Shown piece by piece: positions 19,336 to 28,602 of a DNA stretch of 46,403 nt. Both the position numbers and the translations under genes were made by a program. The notes under the pieces are model-generated. The model was given only the letters and a program-made list of their open reading frames with translations. It ran no database searches and was not told the DNA's origin. The stretch lies in the NCBI GenBank assembly GCA_019240015.1, contig JAFAZB010000231.1:1-46403 (forward strand). Direction: 5' to 3'. The first letter of the stretch is position 1. Every line of letters begins with the position of its first letter. This DNA is from Solirubrobacterales bacterium (GTDB taxonomy: Bacteria; Actinomycetota; Thermoleophilia; Solirubrobacterales; Solirubrobacteraceae).

Positions 19336-19644
19336 GTGCGCAGCCGCCTGGCGGAGTCGTTTGAGATGCGCAAGATCACGGTTGCGCCCGGTGCCGTGCG
19401 GCCATACATCGAGGCCGAGTGGCGCGACTCGCTGGTCGTCGTGGCGGGCGGTGAGATCGAATTGCTCGGCCGCGCCGGGGCGCGACAGCGCTTCCGGCAA
19501 GGCGCGATCCTGTGGCTGGTGGGACTGCCCGTGCGGGAGATCCACAACCCCGGCGCGGAGCCCGCGATCGTGCTCGCGGTCTCACGGCGGGGCCGGGCTG
19601 GGGCCAGCGATGAGTTTCGCCCACCGTCGTCGGCTAAGCGGTGA
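19336..19644 (+). CDS. Small cupin-fold protein
   Basis: SD GGAGGAG then GTG; I.VAPG..RPY..AEWRD.LVVV..GEIEL...F..G..L.L.GL....HNPG..PA....V. This is the real 3' part of track ORF 18190..19644. Confidence 0.75.
   Translation: MRSRLAESFEMRKITVAPGAVRPYIEAEWRDSLVVVAGGEIELLGRAGARQRFRQGAILWLVGLPVREIHNPGAEPAIVLAVSRRGRAGASDEFRPPSSAKR
19608..19638 (+). promoter_or_regulatory. Second SigG-type promoter motif, with no sense gene downstream
   Basis: CGATGA-N18-GGCTAAG. Confidence 0.4.
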
Positions 19645-19657
19645 CCGGGAGCGATCG

Positions 19658-22600
19658 CTAGTGACGGCGCACCCGCCGCGGAGCCCGCCTTATGCGAGGC
19701 CGCGTAGCGCGGCCGGCGCGACGGGCGGGGGCGGCCGCCGCGGCGTGACCGGTCCCGAGCGTGGGGCCCCAGTTCAGCACGCGGAAGTAGTCGAACGCGA
19801 CAGTCAGGTCGGTGCTGGTGCCCGTCCCGTTGAACGCGAATAGGCCCACCTTCACGTTGGTGAGGCTCGCGCCGACGTTGTAGATCGGCGTGTAGTGCGT
19901 TCCGTCCGCCGAATAGTAGGTGGCGTATCTGGGACCGACCTTGACCATCCGCAGCCACACCGTGTTCCCAAGCAGCGAACCGGTGGGGATCGTCGTCAGC
20001 AGCTGCGTGACGGGCGTCCCCGAGAGGCTGTCCTCGGTCGTCTCGCTGAGGCGCGCCGCACCCGAGCTGTACTCCCAGTCGAGCTTCAGGTAGTTGTCAT
20101 CGTCCTGATAGGCGATGATGCCGGCCTGCTGGGTGGCCGCGTGCGGGGCGCTGCTGAAGGTCAGCTTCGACTGGATCGCCCAGTTCCCGAGCGCTGGCTG
20201 GACGAGGATGTTGCGGGCATTGTTGGTCGTTCCGGCGAGATCGCCCGTCTCCGGCGTGATCACCAGCGAGCCGCCCGACACGTGCTCGTTGGCCGGATCC
20301 TGCCTGATCCAGGTCCACTGGGGACCGACGGCGGTGCCCGAGAACTCGTCGCTGCGAGCTCGCCGCGCGAAGTAAACCGTGTAAGTGAGCGTGATGCCGT
20401 CGGGACCGGTCTCGGTGACGGTCGCAGACCCCGGAACGCCGGCCGCCTGCCTGACGGCAAGCGTCGCGCCGCGGTCTGGCGAGTCGGCCCCGACGCGCGG
20501 CACCGTCGCCCCGTCCGGGACGATCACGTCATAGCTGTGGACGTCCGGGTCAAACGCGCGTAGCGGCCGCCCGTCGATCGTGATCCGGTCCGGCTCCGAT
20601 AGGACCCTCACCACGAACTGGGTCGCGGTGCGAGCACCGTGGTAACTGACCGTGGCGGTCACCGTCGCGACGCCGTTGCGAAGTGTGTGGATGCTGCCGT
20701 CCGGGGCGACCGACACGACGCTCGGGCGGTCACTCGTGAAGCCGAGCTGCATCCCCGCCGGTAACGGCTTGCTGTTGTGAGCGCTGATGTACCCGTACAG
20801 CGACTCGTCGTTCATCGAGACGGTCAGCTGGGGGAGCACCGCGACACCCTCCGGGAACATCACGCGCGACTGGACGCCGCGAGCCGCGTCGCCCGGCATC
20901 ACCGGCTTGGCGCTGAGGACGCTGGGAACCGGCGTGAGGCTGCCGGTGACCGTCACGAATCGCTGGCGCAATATGTCACTGTCCGCCGCGGAGCTCGAGA
21001 TCTGCACGCCGTAGCGACCGTCGTCGACCACGTACCGATTGAGGTTCTCGTCGAAGAAGGCCAGATCCGGGACCTTCACCGCAAGCGTGACGAGCTTTGA
21101 CTGTCCGGGGGCGAGCGTCACCTGGCGGAACCCCTCGAGCCGCTTGACGGGGCGCTGCAGCGAGGCGGGAGCGTCTGGGGTACTGATGTACAGCTGCACC
21201 AAGTCGCGTCCGGTCACGGTTCCGGTATTGGTCACCTCGACGCTCACGTGGAAGGTGTCGTCTGCATTCAGATGTGAGCTGTCGATTTGCATGTCGGAGG
21301 TCTTGAACGAGCTGTAGGTCAGTCCGTAGCCGAACGGGTAGGACACCGGCCCCCTGAAGTACATGTACGTGCGCCCCTGGCTGGTTGCGTTCGGGCGGAT
21401 GCTGTAGTCGTCGAGCGCCGGCAGCTGGTTGACGCTCTGATACCAGGTAAACGGCAGGTGACCGCTCGGGTCGTACTTGCCGAGCAGCACGTCTGCGACC
21501 GCGTCGCCCTTGCGCTGGCCGTTGTAGGAGCTCCACAGCAGCGCCGGAACCGACCCCTCGAAGCTGCCGACGTCAACCTGCCCGATCGTCTCCATCACCG
21601 CGACGGTGTTCGGGTTCTTGGCAGCCAGTTCGCCGATCAGCTGGGCCTGGGCACCTGGTAGCGCGAGGTCGGTGCGGTCGCTGAACTCGCTCGCGGTGCT
21701 GTCGTCGGTGCCGACGTAGGCGATCACGTCGTTGTAGCCGGCCGCGGCGTTCACGGCAGCGGGATCGACGCTCGTCAGCTGCGCGGCGCTCGTCGGATTG
21801 CCGGTGAAGCCGTTGTAGAAGTCCACCACCGCGCTCGGGTTGATCGCCTGAATCGCGCGCTTGATGCCCTGGTAGGGGGTCACCTCGTTGGCGGTCCCGG
21901 GCGCTCCCTGGACGCTTGAGTAGCCGCCCAGGTACATGCTCGCGGGATTCGCGAAGTAGCCGATGACCGCCACCCGGAACGGGCCACTGGTCGGCACCGC
22001 GATCGGCAGCACCTTGCCGACGGTGCCGTTCGCGCGCGTCCCGGTCGCGTTCTTCAGCAGCACCAGCGAGCGGTCACCCACCGCTCGCGCCACGGCCAGC
22101 CGCGCTGGGGTCTCGGTCACGGCGTTGTTGGCGTCTGAATTGGTCCAGCTCCCCGGGGCAAGCCGGGCCCGGGCCGCCTTCACCCACGGCTCGCTCGCGA
22201 CGTCGTCGAACTCGCCGAGGCGCATCCGGGCGGTGAACAGGCGCACCAGTGAGGTGTCCATGTCGTTGACGTTGAACACGTCGGTCTGGGTCGGAATCTC
22301 CTGGCCGGCGGCGGTCGGAAGCGAGTTGGCGTAGTTGAAGCTGTCCGCGTAGCCGGCGTCGCAGTTGAGGTCCTCGCCGGCGGCGTTCGCGAGCGCGCTG
22401 CGTTCGGTGTTGTTGACCGGACGGCTCCAGCCCGGGGGCTGCCAGTGGTGTCCGTGGACGATCTCGTACACCGCGTCGCAGTCGGAGGTGAAATAGCCGT
22501 TGAAACCGAACGTCTGCCTCGCGAGCGTGTCGATCAAGTGCACGTTTGCGGGCGACGGGATGTTGTTGACGCTGTTGTAGGCCGACATGATCGAGCCGGG

Positions 22601-23434
22601 GTGGGACTGCCGGATGATTTGCTTGAACTGGGCGGTGTAGTACTCGCGCAACGTGCGCTCATCCATGTTCGACGTGCCGCTGAGTCGATCGGTTGGTCCG
22701 CCGATCTGGTCGCCTTCCGTGTTGTTGGCGGCGTAGTGCTTGATCGTCGTGATCGTCTTCAGGTAGCCGCCGCCCTGGGGCAGCAGGTCGCCGTGCTGGT
22801 CCTTGCCCTCCATCCCGTTGACGAATTGGGAGGCGATCGCCGCGGTCAGCAGCGGGTCCTCGGAGAAGATCTCGTCATTGCGTCCCCAACGCGGATCGCG
22901 ACCCAGGTTGACGGTCGGCGAGTAGAAGTCGAGGTTGAGCGAGTTCTGTGGCACCACATCGCGCGCCTCGTCGGAGATCATCGTCGCCTCGCGGTACATC
23001 AGCGCGGGATCCCAGCTCGAGCCGAGCGCCAGGCTGATCGGATACGAGGTGGTGTTGTTGAGCACGGTCGCGTTGCCGGTCGGGGCCAGCTGGAGCCGGG
23101 ACACGCCATGGAGCGCTTCGTTCCACCACCCGTACGCCGGCAGGCCGAGGCGGGGTATCGCCGGAGCCTGGCTCGAGACCATCTGTGAGGCCTTCTCGGC
23201 GAGCGTCATCCGCGACACTAGATCGGCTGCCCGCTCGGCGGGCGAATAGGAGCGGTCGAGGTAGATCGGCGTCCCCGACGCCGCGTGAGCCCCGCGGGTC
23301 CGCCCCGACGCCCCCACGGTCCCGTACAGCACCGCCAAACCGGCGACCGCCGCGATCGTCACCACGATTCGCAGGTTCACCCGCAAGCCCAGGATCGTGA
23401 CCTTCCAGGCCCCCGCCTCACCGTCGTCTCTCAC
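19658..23434 (-). CDS. Secreted multidomain GH3 beta-glucosidase/xylosidase (Fn3-like, Ig-like and ConA/GH43-C-like domains)
   Basis: WWNEALHG, RDPRWGR..E..SEDP, KHY, TSDC nucleophile motif, YPFGYGL.Y, QLY..L.GF; C-terminal SDEF...W.W beta-sandwich. SD GGGAGG then GTG at 23434. Confidence 0.93.
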   Translation of the reverse strand: MRDDGEAGAWKVTILGLRVNLRIVVTIAAVAGLAVLYGTVGASGRTRGAHAASGTPIYLDRSYSPAERAADLVSRMTLAEKASQMVSSQAPAIPRLGLPAYGWWNEALHGVSRLQLAPTGNATVLNNTTSYPISLALGSSWDPALMYREATMISDEARDVVPQNSLNLDFYSPTVNLGRDPRWGRNDEIFSEDPLLTAAIASQFVNGMEGKDQHGDLLPQGGGYLKTITTIKHYAANNTEGDQIGGPTDRLSGTSNMDERTLREYYTAQFKQIIRQSHPGSIMSAYNSVNNIPSPANVHLIDTLARQTFGFNGYFTSDCDAVYEIVHGHHWQPPGWSRPVNNTERSALANAAGEDLNCDAGYADSFNYANSLPTAAGQEIPTQTDVFNVNDMDTSLVRLFTARMRLGEFDDVASEPWVKAARARLAPGSWTNSDANNAVTETPARLAVARAVGDRSLVLLKNATGTRANGTVGKVLPIAVPTSGPFRVAVIGYFANPASMYLGGYSSVQGAPGTANEVTPYQGIKRAIQAINPSAVVDFYNGFTGNPTSAAQLTSVDPAAVNAAAGYNDVIAYVGTDDSTASEFSDRTDLALPGAQAQLIGELAAKNPNTVAVMETIGQVDVGSFEGSVPALLWSSYNGQRKGDAVADVLLGKYDPSGHLPFTWYQSVNQLPALDDYSIRPNATSQGRTYMYFRGPVSYPFGYGLTYSSFKTSDMQIDSSHLNADDTFHVSVEVTNTGTVTGRDLVQLYISTPDAPASLQRPVKRLEGFRQVTLAPGQSKLVTLAVKVPDLAFFDENLNRYVVDDGRYGVQISSSAADSDILRQRFVTVTGSLTPVPSVLSAKPVMPGDAARGVQSRVMFPEGVAVLPQLTVSMNDESLYGYISAHNSKPLPAGMQLGFTSDRPSVVSVAPDGSIHTLRNGVATVTATVSYHGARTATQFVVRVLSEPDRITIDGRPLRAFDPDVHSYDVIVPDGATVPRVGADSPDRGATLAVRQAAGVPGSATVTETGPDGITLTYTVYFARRARSDEFSGTAVGPQWTWIRQDPANEHVSGGSLVITPETGDLAGTTNNARNILVQPALGNWAIQSKLTFSSAPHAATQQAGIIAYQDDDNYLKLDWEYSSGAARLSETTEDSLSGTPVTQLLTTIPTGSLLGNTVWLRMVKVGPRYATYYSADGTHYTPIYNVGASLTNVKVGLFAFNGTGTSTDLTVAFDYFRVLNWGPTLGTGHAAAAAPARRAGRATRPRIRRAPRRVRRH

Positions 23435-23461
23435 GCGCGCTCCTCCCAACTGGACAGCGCC

Positions 23462-23490
23462 ACATTACGTCGAGGTTAGGCAAAAGTCAA
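23462..23490 (-). promoter_or_regulatory. Housekeeping-sigma promoter of the GH3 gene
   Basis: Minus strand TTGACT-17 nt-TAATGT in an AT-rich divergent region, likely also holding the ROK operator. Confidence 0.65.
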
Positions 23491-23582
23491 CCCGGTTATG
23501 ACAAATTGGGCCGTGCAAACCGCTGAGCACCAAGCAAAAGCCGATGCATCCGTCCTGAACCGGCGGTAGATTCTGTCTCACC

Positions 23583-24818
23583 GTGGTTGATCATCATCAG
23601 ATGAAGGACGACGTCGCCTCGCTCGGACCTCGCCAGATGAATCGCCTCCGGGTGCTGGAGACGCTCTACCGTCATCCCGGGTCCACACGAGCCGACCTGG
23701 CCCGTCGCACCGGGCTGTCCCGCGCGACCGTTTCGACGCTGGTCGACGAGCTCGGGCGGGCGGGGGTGGTCGCGGAGCACGAGGGGGCTGGCGACGGATC
23801 GGAGCCCGGCCTGGCCGAGGAGGCCCCGCGGGCCAGCGGGAGGCCGCCGATGTCGCTGTCGCTGGTACCCGGCGCGGCGTTCGCGGTTGGTCTGGACTTC
23901 GGCCACCAGCACATTCGCGTCGCCGTGTGCGACCTATCGGGCGAGCCGGTGGTCGACGAGTGGTCACCGGCGGAGGTCGACCACGCGCCCGTGGAGAGCC
24001 TCGACCTGGCCCACGAGCTCGTCCGCGGCGCGCTGCGGACGGCCAGCATCGAGCGCGATCGCCTGGTCGGCGTCGGCATGGGGCTGGCGGCGCCGATCAA
24101 CCACCTCACCGGCGAGCTCGAGGCCAACGGCATCCTGCCTGGATGGCATGGCTTGCGGCCCGCGGCCGAGATGCAGGCGCGGCTGGGCACCCCGGTGCAG
24201 CTCGAGAACGACGCCAACGTCGGCGCGCTCGGCGAGAAAGCATTCGGTGCCGCGCGCGGCGTCGAAGACGTGATCTACATCCGGCTCTCCGCAGGCATCG
24301 GCGCAGGCTTGATCCTCGGCGGCCGCCCCTACCAAGGGGTGCTGGGAGTCGCCGGCGAAGTCGGACACGTGCTGCTCGATCCGGCCGGTCCGATCTGCCG
24401 CTGCGGCAACCGTGGTTGCCTGGAAACCGTGGCCAGCCCGGTGGCGGTCGCCGCCCTGCTGGAGCGGAGCACCGGCCAATCGGTGTCCGTGGCAACGCTG
24501 CTCGAGCTGGTCGCCGGCGGGGACCGCGGCGCCCGCACTGCGGTCGCGGACGCCGGTGAGGCGGTGGGGCGGGCACTCTCGATGCTCGTCAACGCGCTCA
24601 ACCCGGAGCTGGTCGTAGTCGGCGGCGACCTCGCTCGCGCGGGGGAGGTGCTGCTCGAACCGATCCGGCTCGCGATCGCCCGCCACGCGGTCGCCCCGGC
24701 GGCGCGCTCGGTCAGCGTGACGGCCGGGGCGCTCGGCGATCGCGCGGAGGTGCTGGGCGCCGCCGCCCTGATCCTCGCCCGCTCGCCAAGGGCCCTGGTG
24801 GAGCGGGTTGGTAGCTAG
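23583..24818 (+). CDS. ROK-family transcriptional regulator
   Basis: N-terminal HTH (TRADLARRTGLSRATVS), GRPP, ENDAN, GIGAG, GEVGH, CRCGNRGCLE. Confidence 0.95.
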   Translation: MVDHHQMKDDVASLGPRQMNRLRVLETLYRHPGSTRADLARRTGLSRATVSTLVDELGRAGVVAEHEGAGDGSEPGLAEEAPRASGRPPMSLSLVPGAAFAVGLDFGHQHIRVAVCDLSGEPVVDEWSPAEVDHAPVESLDLAHELVRGALRTASIERDRLVGVGMGLAAPINHLTGELEANGILPGWHGLRPAAEMQARLGTPVQLENDANVGALGEKAFGAARGVEDVIYIRLSAGIGAGLILGGRPYQGVLGVAGEVGHVLLDPAGPICRCGNRGCLETVASPVAVAALLERSTGQSVSVATLLELVAGGDRGARTAVADAGEAVGRALSMLVNALNPELVVVGGDLARAGEVLLEPIRLAIARHAVAPAARSVSVTAGALGDRAEVLGAAALILARSPRALVERVGS

Positions 24819-24957
24819 CGGTCGGGGCGTGGCGGTGGGCCGCGTGCCGCGTGGGCCGCGCACCGTGGGCGCCGTGGGCCCGTGGGCCGCGCGGACGCAC
24901 GGCAGTACCGCGGGTCGATGCGTCCGCGGGCCTGTACCTGGACCTGCCCAGCGCGAA

Positions 24958-25073
24958 CCTGTCCGAGAACCCAAACTGGCCCGCGCGCTCCCCTACTTGG
25001 GTGCTCGTGCATTGCATAGATGCTCGAACACCCATTTCGCTCCAGGCCGAGGCAATTTGGGTTCTCGTGCAGG
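24958..25073. repeat. REPIN/MITE-like palindromic element, copy 2 (inverted)
   Basis: Reverse complement begins CCTGCACGAGAACCCAAATTG...GCGAAATGGGTGTTCGAGCAT...ATGCACGAGCACCCA and is collinear with 3445-3559. Lies between convergent genes. Confidence 0.8.
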
Positions 25074-25085
25074 CACGTTCGAGGG

Positions 25086-25752
25086 TCACGTGGCCAGCCT
25101 CGAGATGACCACGCCCTCATCGAGTGGGAGCTCGATCGACACATAGCGAGCGTCGGGGCCGCAGACCCGAGCTCGGTAGCGCGCCAGATGAGGATCGTCC
25201 CGGCTCAGATCCGCCACCACCAGCGCGCCCGTCGCCAGGCTCGGCTGCAGCAGCTCCAGCACTGGCAAGTAGAGGTCGTTCCAGCCGTCCAGGAACAGCA
25301 ACTCGACTCCCGCCCCCAAGTCGCACAAGGTTTCCAGTGCGTCGTCGACGCGCAACTCGACGAGGTCCGCGAGGCCCGCCCGCGTCAGATTCTCCGCCGC
25401 GACCTGAGCCCTTTCCGGCACCAGCTCAGTCGTTATCAGGTGGCCGGACCCGAGGTCGCGTCGCGCGGCGGCGAGATGAATCGTGGAGTAGCCATACGAA
25501 GCCCCGAACTCCACCATCGTGAGAGCGCCGCTGGCCAGCACCACGGCGTATAGCAGCGCTCCGACCTCAGGGGCGATCGATAGCGGCGCGTCGCCGTAGA
25601 GCCGGCCCCCGCTCGGAGCCGTAGATCCTGCTGCCGCGGGTGGCTTCCGCATCGCTCACCTTCCGCCTGGCGGGACCGTCCTGGGACTGGCCGAGCGCCT
25701 CCAAACGCGCGAGCACCTCGACAACGGCCCCTGCGCTGAGCGTGGAGCTCAT
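25086..25752 (-). pseudogene. O-methyltransferase (class I SAM) with a single frameshift
   Basis: The N-terminal frame MSSTL...RIYGSER joins GRLYGDAPLSI...VEFGASYGYSTIHLA...LFLDGW if one G is removed from the G5 run (C5 at 25606-25610 on +). Confidence 0.75.
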
Positions 25753-25774
25753 TTCCGCGTAGTGTGTCGGATGC

Positions 25775-27121
25775 ATGGCCAACCGCTTCGATGTGGCGAT
25801 CCTCGGCGCCGGGCCGGCCGGGGAGCACGCCGCCAACGCGCTCGCCCGGGAGGGCCGCAAGGTGGCGCTGATCGAGCAGGAGCTGATCGGCGGCGAGTGC
25901 TCCAACTGGGCGTGCATCCCCACCAAGACGCTGCTGCGCCCGACCGAGCTGCGGGGAGAGAGCGAGCGGGCTGCCGGCGTCCACAAGGCCGCGCTCGACT
26001 GGCCTGCGCTCGCGCGCTACAGGGATTACATGACCTCGGCCGGGGATGACTCGGGGCGTGCCGAGGGCTACGGCGAGCTCGGGGTAACCGTGCTGCGGGG
26101 CCAAGGGCGCCTGGCCGGGCGTCGGCGACTGGAGGTGGCCGGCGACCGGCTGGAGGCGGGCTCGATCCTGATCGCCACCGGCTCGGAGGCGGTGATCCCA
26201 CCGCTCGACGGGCTCGCCGACGCCGGCTACTGGACCAATCGCGAGGCGACGGCGCTCGAGGAGATTCCGCGCAGCGCGGTGGTGATCGGAGGCGGCCCGG
26301 TGGGGATCGAGCTGGCACAGTTCCTACGGCGATTCGGTTCCGAGGTGGCACTGCTCCAGGGCGCCGACCGGTTGGCCCAGCGCGAGCATCCCCGAGTCTC
26401 GGAGCTGCTCGCCGAGCACCTGCGCGCCGATGGCGTGGACGTGCGGGTGGGCGTCCAGGCAAAGTCGGTCCGCCGCGACGGCGCCAACCGGGTGGTCAGC
26501 CTAGAGGGCGGCGGAGAGCTGCATGGCGAGCGGCTGATCGTCGCGGTGGGACGACGGCCCCGGAGCTCGGGGATCGGCCTCGAGACGATCGGCCTCGACG
26601 CGGCCCCGCGAGCCGTGCCGATCGACCAGCACTGCCGCGTCGCGGACGGCGTGTGGGCGGCCGGCGACTGCACCGGCACGATGCTGTTCACCCACACCGC
26701 CAAGTACCAGGCGCGGATCGCGATGAGCGACATGCGCGGACGCCCCGTGCCCGCCGACTACCGAGCGATCCCCCGCGTGATCTTCACCGACCCCGAAGTT
26801 GCCGCGGTTGGGCTGACGGAGCTCCAGGCCAGAGAGGCCGGCCACGACGTCGCGGTGGCGAGGATCGAGCTGCCCGGCTCGATCGCGCGGCCCTACACCT
26901 ACGAGCAGGATCCGCACGGCGAGCTGAGCGTGATCGCCGACCGAGACCGGCGGGTGCTGCTGGGAGCCTGGGCGGTGGCGCCGCTGGCGAGCGAGTGGAT
27001 TCACCAGGCGGGGCTGGCGATTCGCGCCGAGGTCAAGCTCGAGGTGCTGATGGACACGGTGGCCCAGTTTCCGTCGTTCTCGGAGGCCTACCTGTCGGCG
27101 CTCCAGCAACTCGAGTTGTGA
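25775..27121 (+). CDS. Class I pyridine nucleotide-disulfide oxidoreductase (dihydrolipoamide dehydrogenase-like)
   Basis: GAGPAG, GGECSNWACIPTK, ATGS, GGGPVG.E, AAGD, FTDPEVA.VG; ends FPSFSE. Confidence 0.92.
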   Translation: MANRFDVAILGAGPAGEHAANALAREGRKVALIEQELIGGECSNWACIPTKTLLRPTELRGESERAAGVHKAALDWPALARYRDYMTSAGDDSGRAEGYGELGVTVLRGQGRLAGRRRLEVAGDRLEAGSILIATGSEAVIPPLDGLADAGYWTNREATALEEIPRSAVVIGGGPVGIELAQFLRRFGSEVALLQGADRLAQREHPRVSELLAEHLRADGVDVRVGVQAKSVRRDGANRVVSLEGGGELHGERLIVAVGRRPRSSGIGLETIGLDAAPRAVPIDQHCRVADGVWAAGDCTGTMLFTHTAKYQARIAMSDMRGRPVPADYRAIPRVIFTDPEVAAVGLTELQAREAGHDVAVARIELPGSIARPYTYEQDPHGELSVIADRDRRVLLGAWAVAPLASEWIHQAGLAIRAEVKLEVLMDTVAQFPSFSEAYLSALQQLEL

Positions 27122-27134
27122 GCTCCCGGCCGGA

Positions 27135-27944
27135 TCAGCAGGCGCGCGCCAGGCACAGCCGCGTTACGTAGTCGATCCGCAGCGTCCCTCCGTTGCGCTC
27201 GATCACGCTGGCCACCCCTGACAGCAGCCGCCGACGACGCGGCTCGGGCAGCAGCAGGTGATCGGAGTGGGTCTGGAGCAGCTCGGCGTACTCGGCGGCC
27301 GAGTACTCGTAGGTGCACCTGTAGTCACGCGTCTGGGGTCGGGCGAGCCCAGGCGCCTGCTCGATCTCGCGCCTCCAGTCACCGAGCAGCTCGTGGCTGA
27401 GGTCGTGGCCCGGGTGCATCGGTCCGTCCGCGAGCAGCTCCGGAGCCGCGCGGCGGTAGGCCTCGCGCAACGCGTCGCGCTGCGGTGAGGCGGCCCAGTC
27501 GGGGCGGTTCCAGAACGCCGCCAACAGGCCACCCGGGCGCAGTAGCGATCGGGCTTTTCGGTAGCGCAGCTCCGGCTCCAACCAGTGCCACGCCGTGGCC
27601 GCGTAGAGCAGCTGAAAGCGAGACCCGCCAGGCTCCCAGCGCTCGAACTCGCTCTCCTCGATCTCCACGTTTGCAAACCGGGCGCACTGGCGCCGGGCCA
27701 GCGCCGCCATCGGCGGGCTCGGCTCGAGCGCCAGCAGCGATACGCCGCTTGGCGCGAACAGCACGGTCGCCTTGCCGGTGCCGGCGCCGACCTCGAGCAC
27801 GCGGCTGGTCCGATCCAGGCCCGCCAGCTCGAGCACGTCTGCGACAAGCGCGCGGGGATACGACGGCCGCCGGCGGTCGTAGAGCTGGGCCACCTCGCCA
27901 AACGCAAGCCTCCGTTCGCGCGCCACGAGCTCGAAGTGAACCAT
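27135..27944 (-). CDS. Class I SAM-dependent methyltransferase
   Basis: F..VA.LYD..RP.YP, VLEVGAGTGKAT, ATAWHW, L.PGG. Confidence 0.9.
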   Translation of the reverse strand: MVHFELVARERRLAFGEVAQLYDRRRPSYPRALVADVLELAGLDRTSRVLEVGAGTGKATVLFAPSGVSLLALEPSPPMAALARRQCARFANVEIEESEFERWEPGGSRFQLLYAATAWHWLEPELRYRKARSLLRPGGLLAAFWNRPDWAASPQRDALREAYRRAAPELLADGPMHPGHDLSHELLGDWRREIEQAPGLARPQTRDYRCTYEYSAAEYAELLQTHSDHLLLPEPRRRRLLSGVASVIERNGGTLRIDYVTRLCLARAC

Positions 27945-27967
27945 CGTCAAGTTGACAAGATGCGCGG

Positions 27968-28588
27968 GTGAAGACGTACTACGACGCGCGGGCTCCCGAG
28001 TACGACGAGTGGTACCTCGGGCTGGGGCGCTTCGAAGGGATCGAGCGGCCGGATTGGGATCGCGCCGTGCGCGAGCTCGAGCGGGCAATCAGTGAGCTGC
28101 CGGCCGCGCGCACGCTCGATGTGGCCTGCGGAACCGGCTTCCTGACCCGTCACCTGCGAGGCGAGCTCGCCGCGCTCGATCAGAGTGAGCGGATGCTCGC
28201 GATTGCCCGGCGGCGCGTCCCCCACGCCGAGCTGGTGCAGGGCGATGCGCTCGCGCTCCCGTTCGCCGCTGACTCGTTCGATCGCGTGTTCACCGGCCAC
28301 TTCTATGGTCATCTCCAGCGCAAGCAGCGCGCGAGGTTCCTCGCGCAGGCGCGTCGGGTCGCCCCCGAGCTGGTGGTCGTCGACGCTGCGGTGCGGGCGG
28401 ACCGTGGGCCAGCGGAATGGCAACAGCGGGTCCTTAACGATGGGTCGCGCTATGAGGTCTATAAGCGCTACTTCGACCCGCACGCTCTCGCCGCGGAGCT
28501 GGGCGGCGGGACCGTCTTGCACAGCGACGGCTGGTTCGTGATGGTCTCCTCGCCGAGATCTGACGCAGACGGCGGGCACGGGCGCTAG
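27968..28588 (+). CDS. Class I SAM-dependent methyltransferase
   Basis: YYDARAPEYDEW, LDVACGTG, GDA..LPF...SFD, R.LNDG. Confidence 0.9.
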   Translation: MKTYYDARAPEYDEWYLGLGRFEGIERPDWDRAVRELERAISELPAARTLDVACGTGFLTRHLRGELAALDQSERMLAIARRRVPHAELVQGDALALPFAADSFDRVFTGHFYGHLQRKQRARFLAQARRVAPELVVVDAAVRADRGPAEWQQRVLNDGSRYEVYKRYFDPHALAAELGGGTVLHSDGWFVMVSSPRSDADGGHGR

Positions 28589-28602
28589 CCTTGCGGAGCC
28601 CC

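Noticed and set aside
25775-27121. Mercuric reductase merA or true lpdA
   Set aside because: No C-terminal Cys pair or mer genes; catalytic His absent; no dehydrogenase-complex genes nearby.
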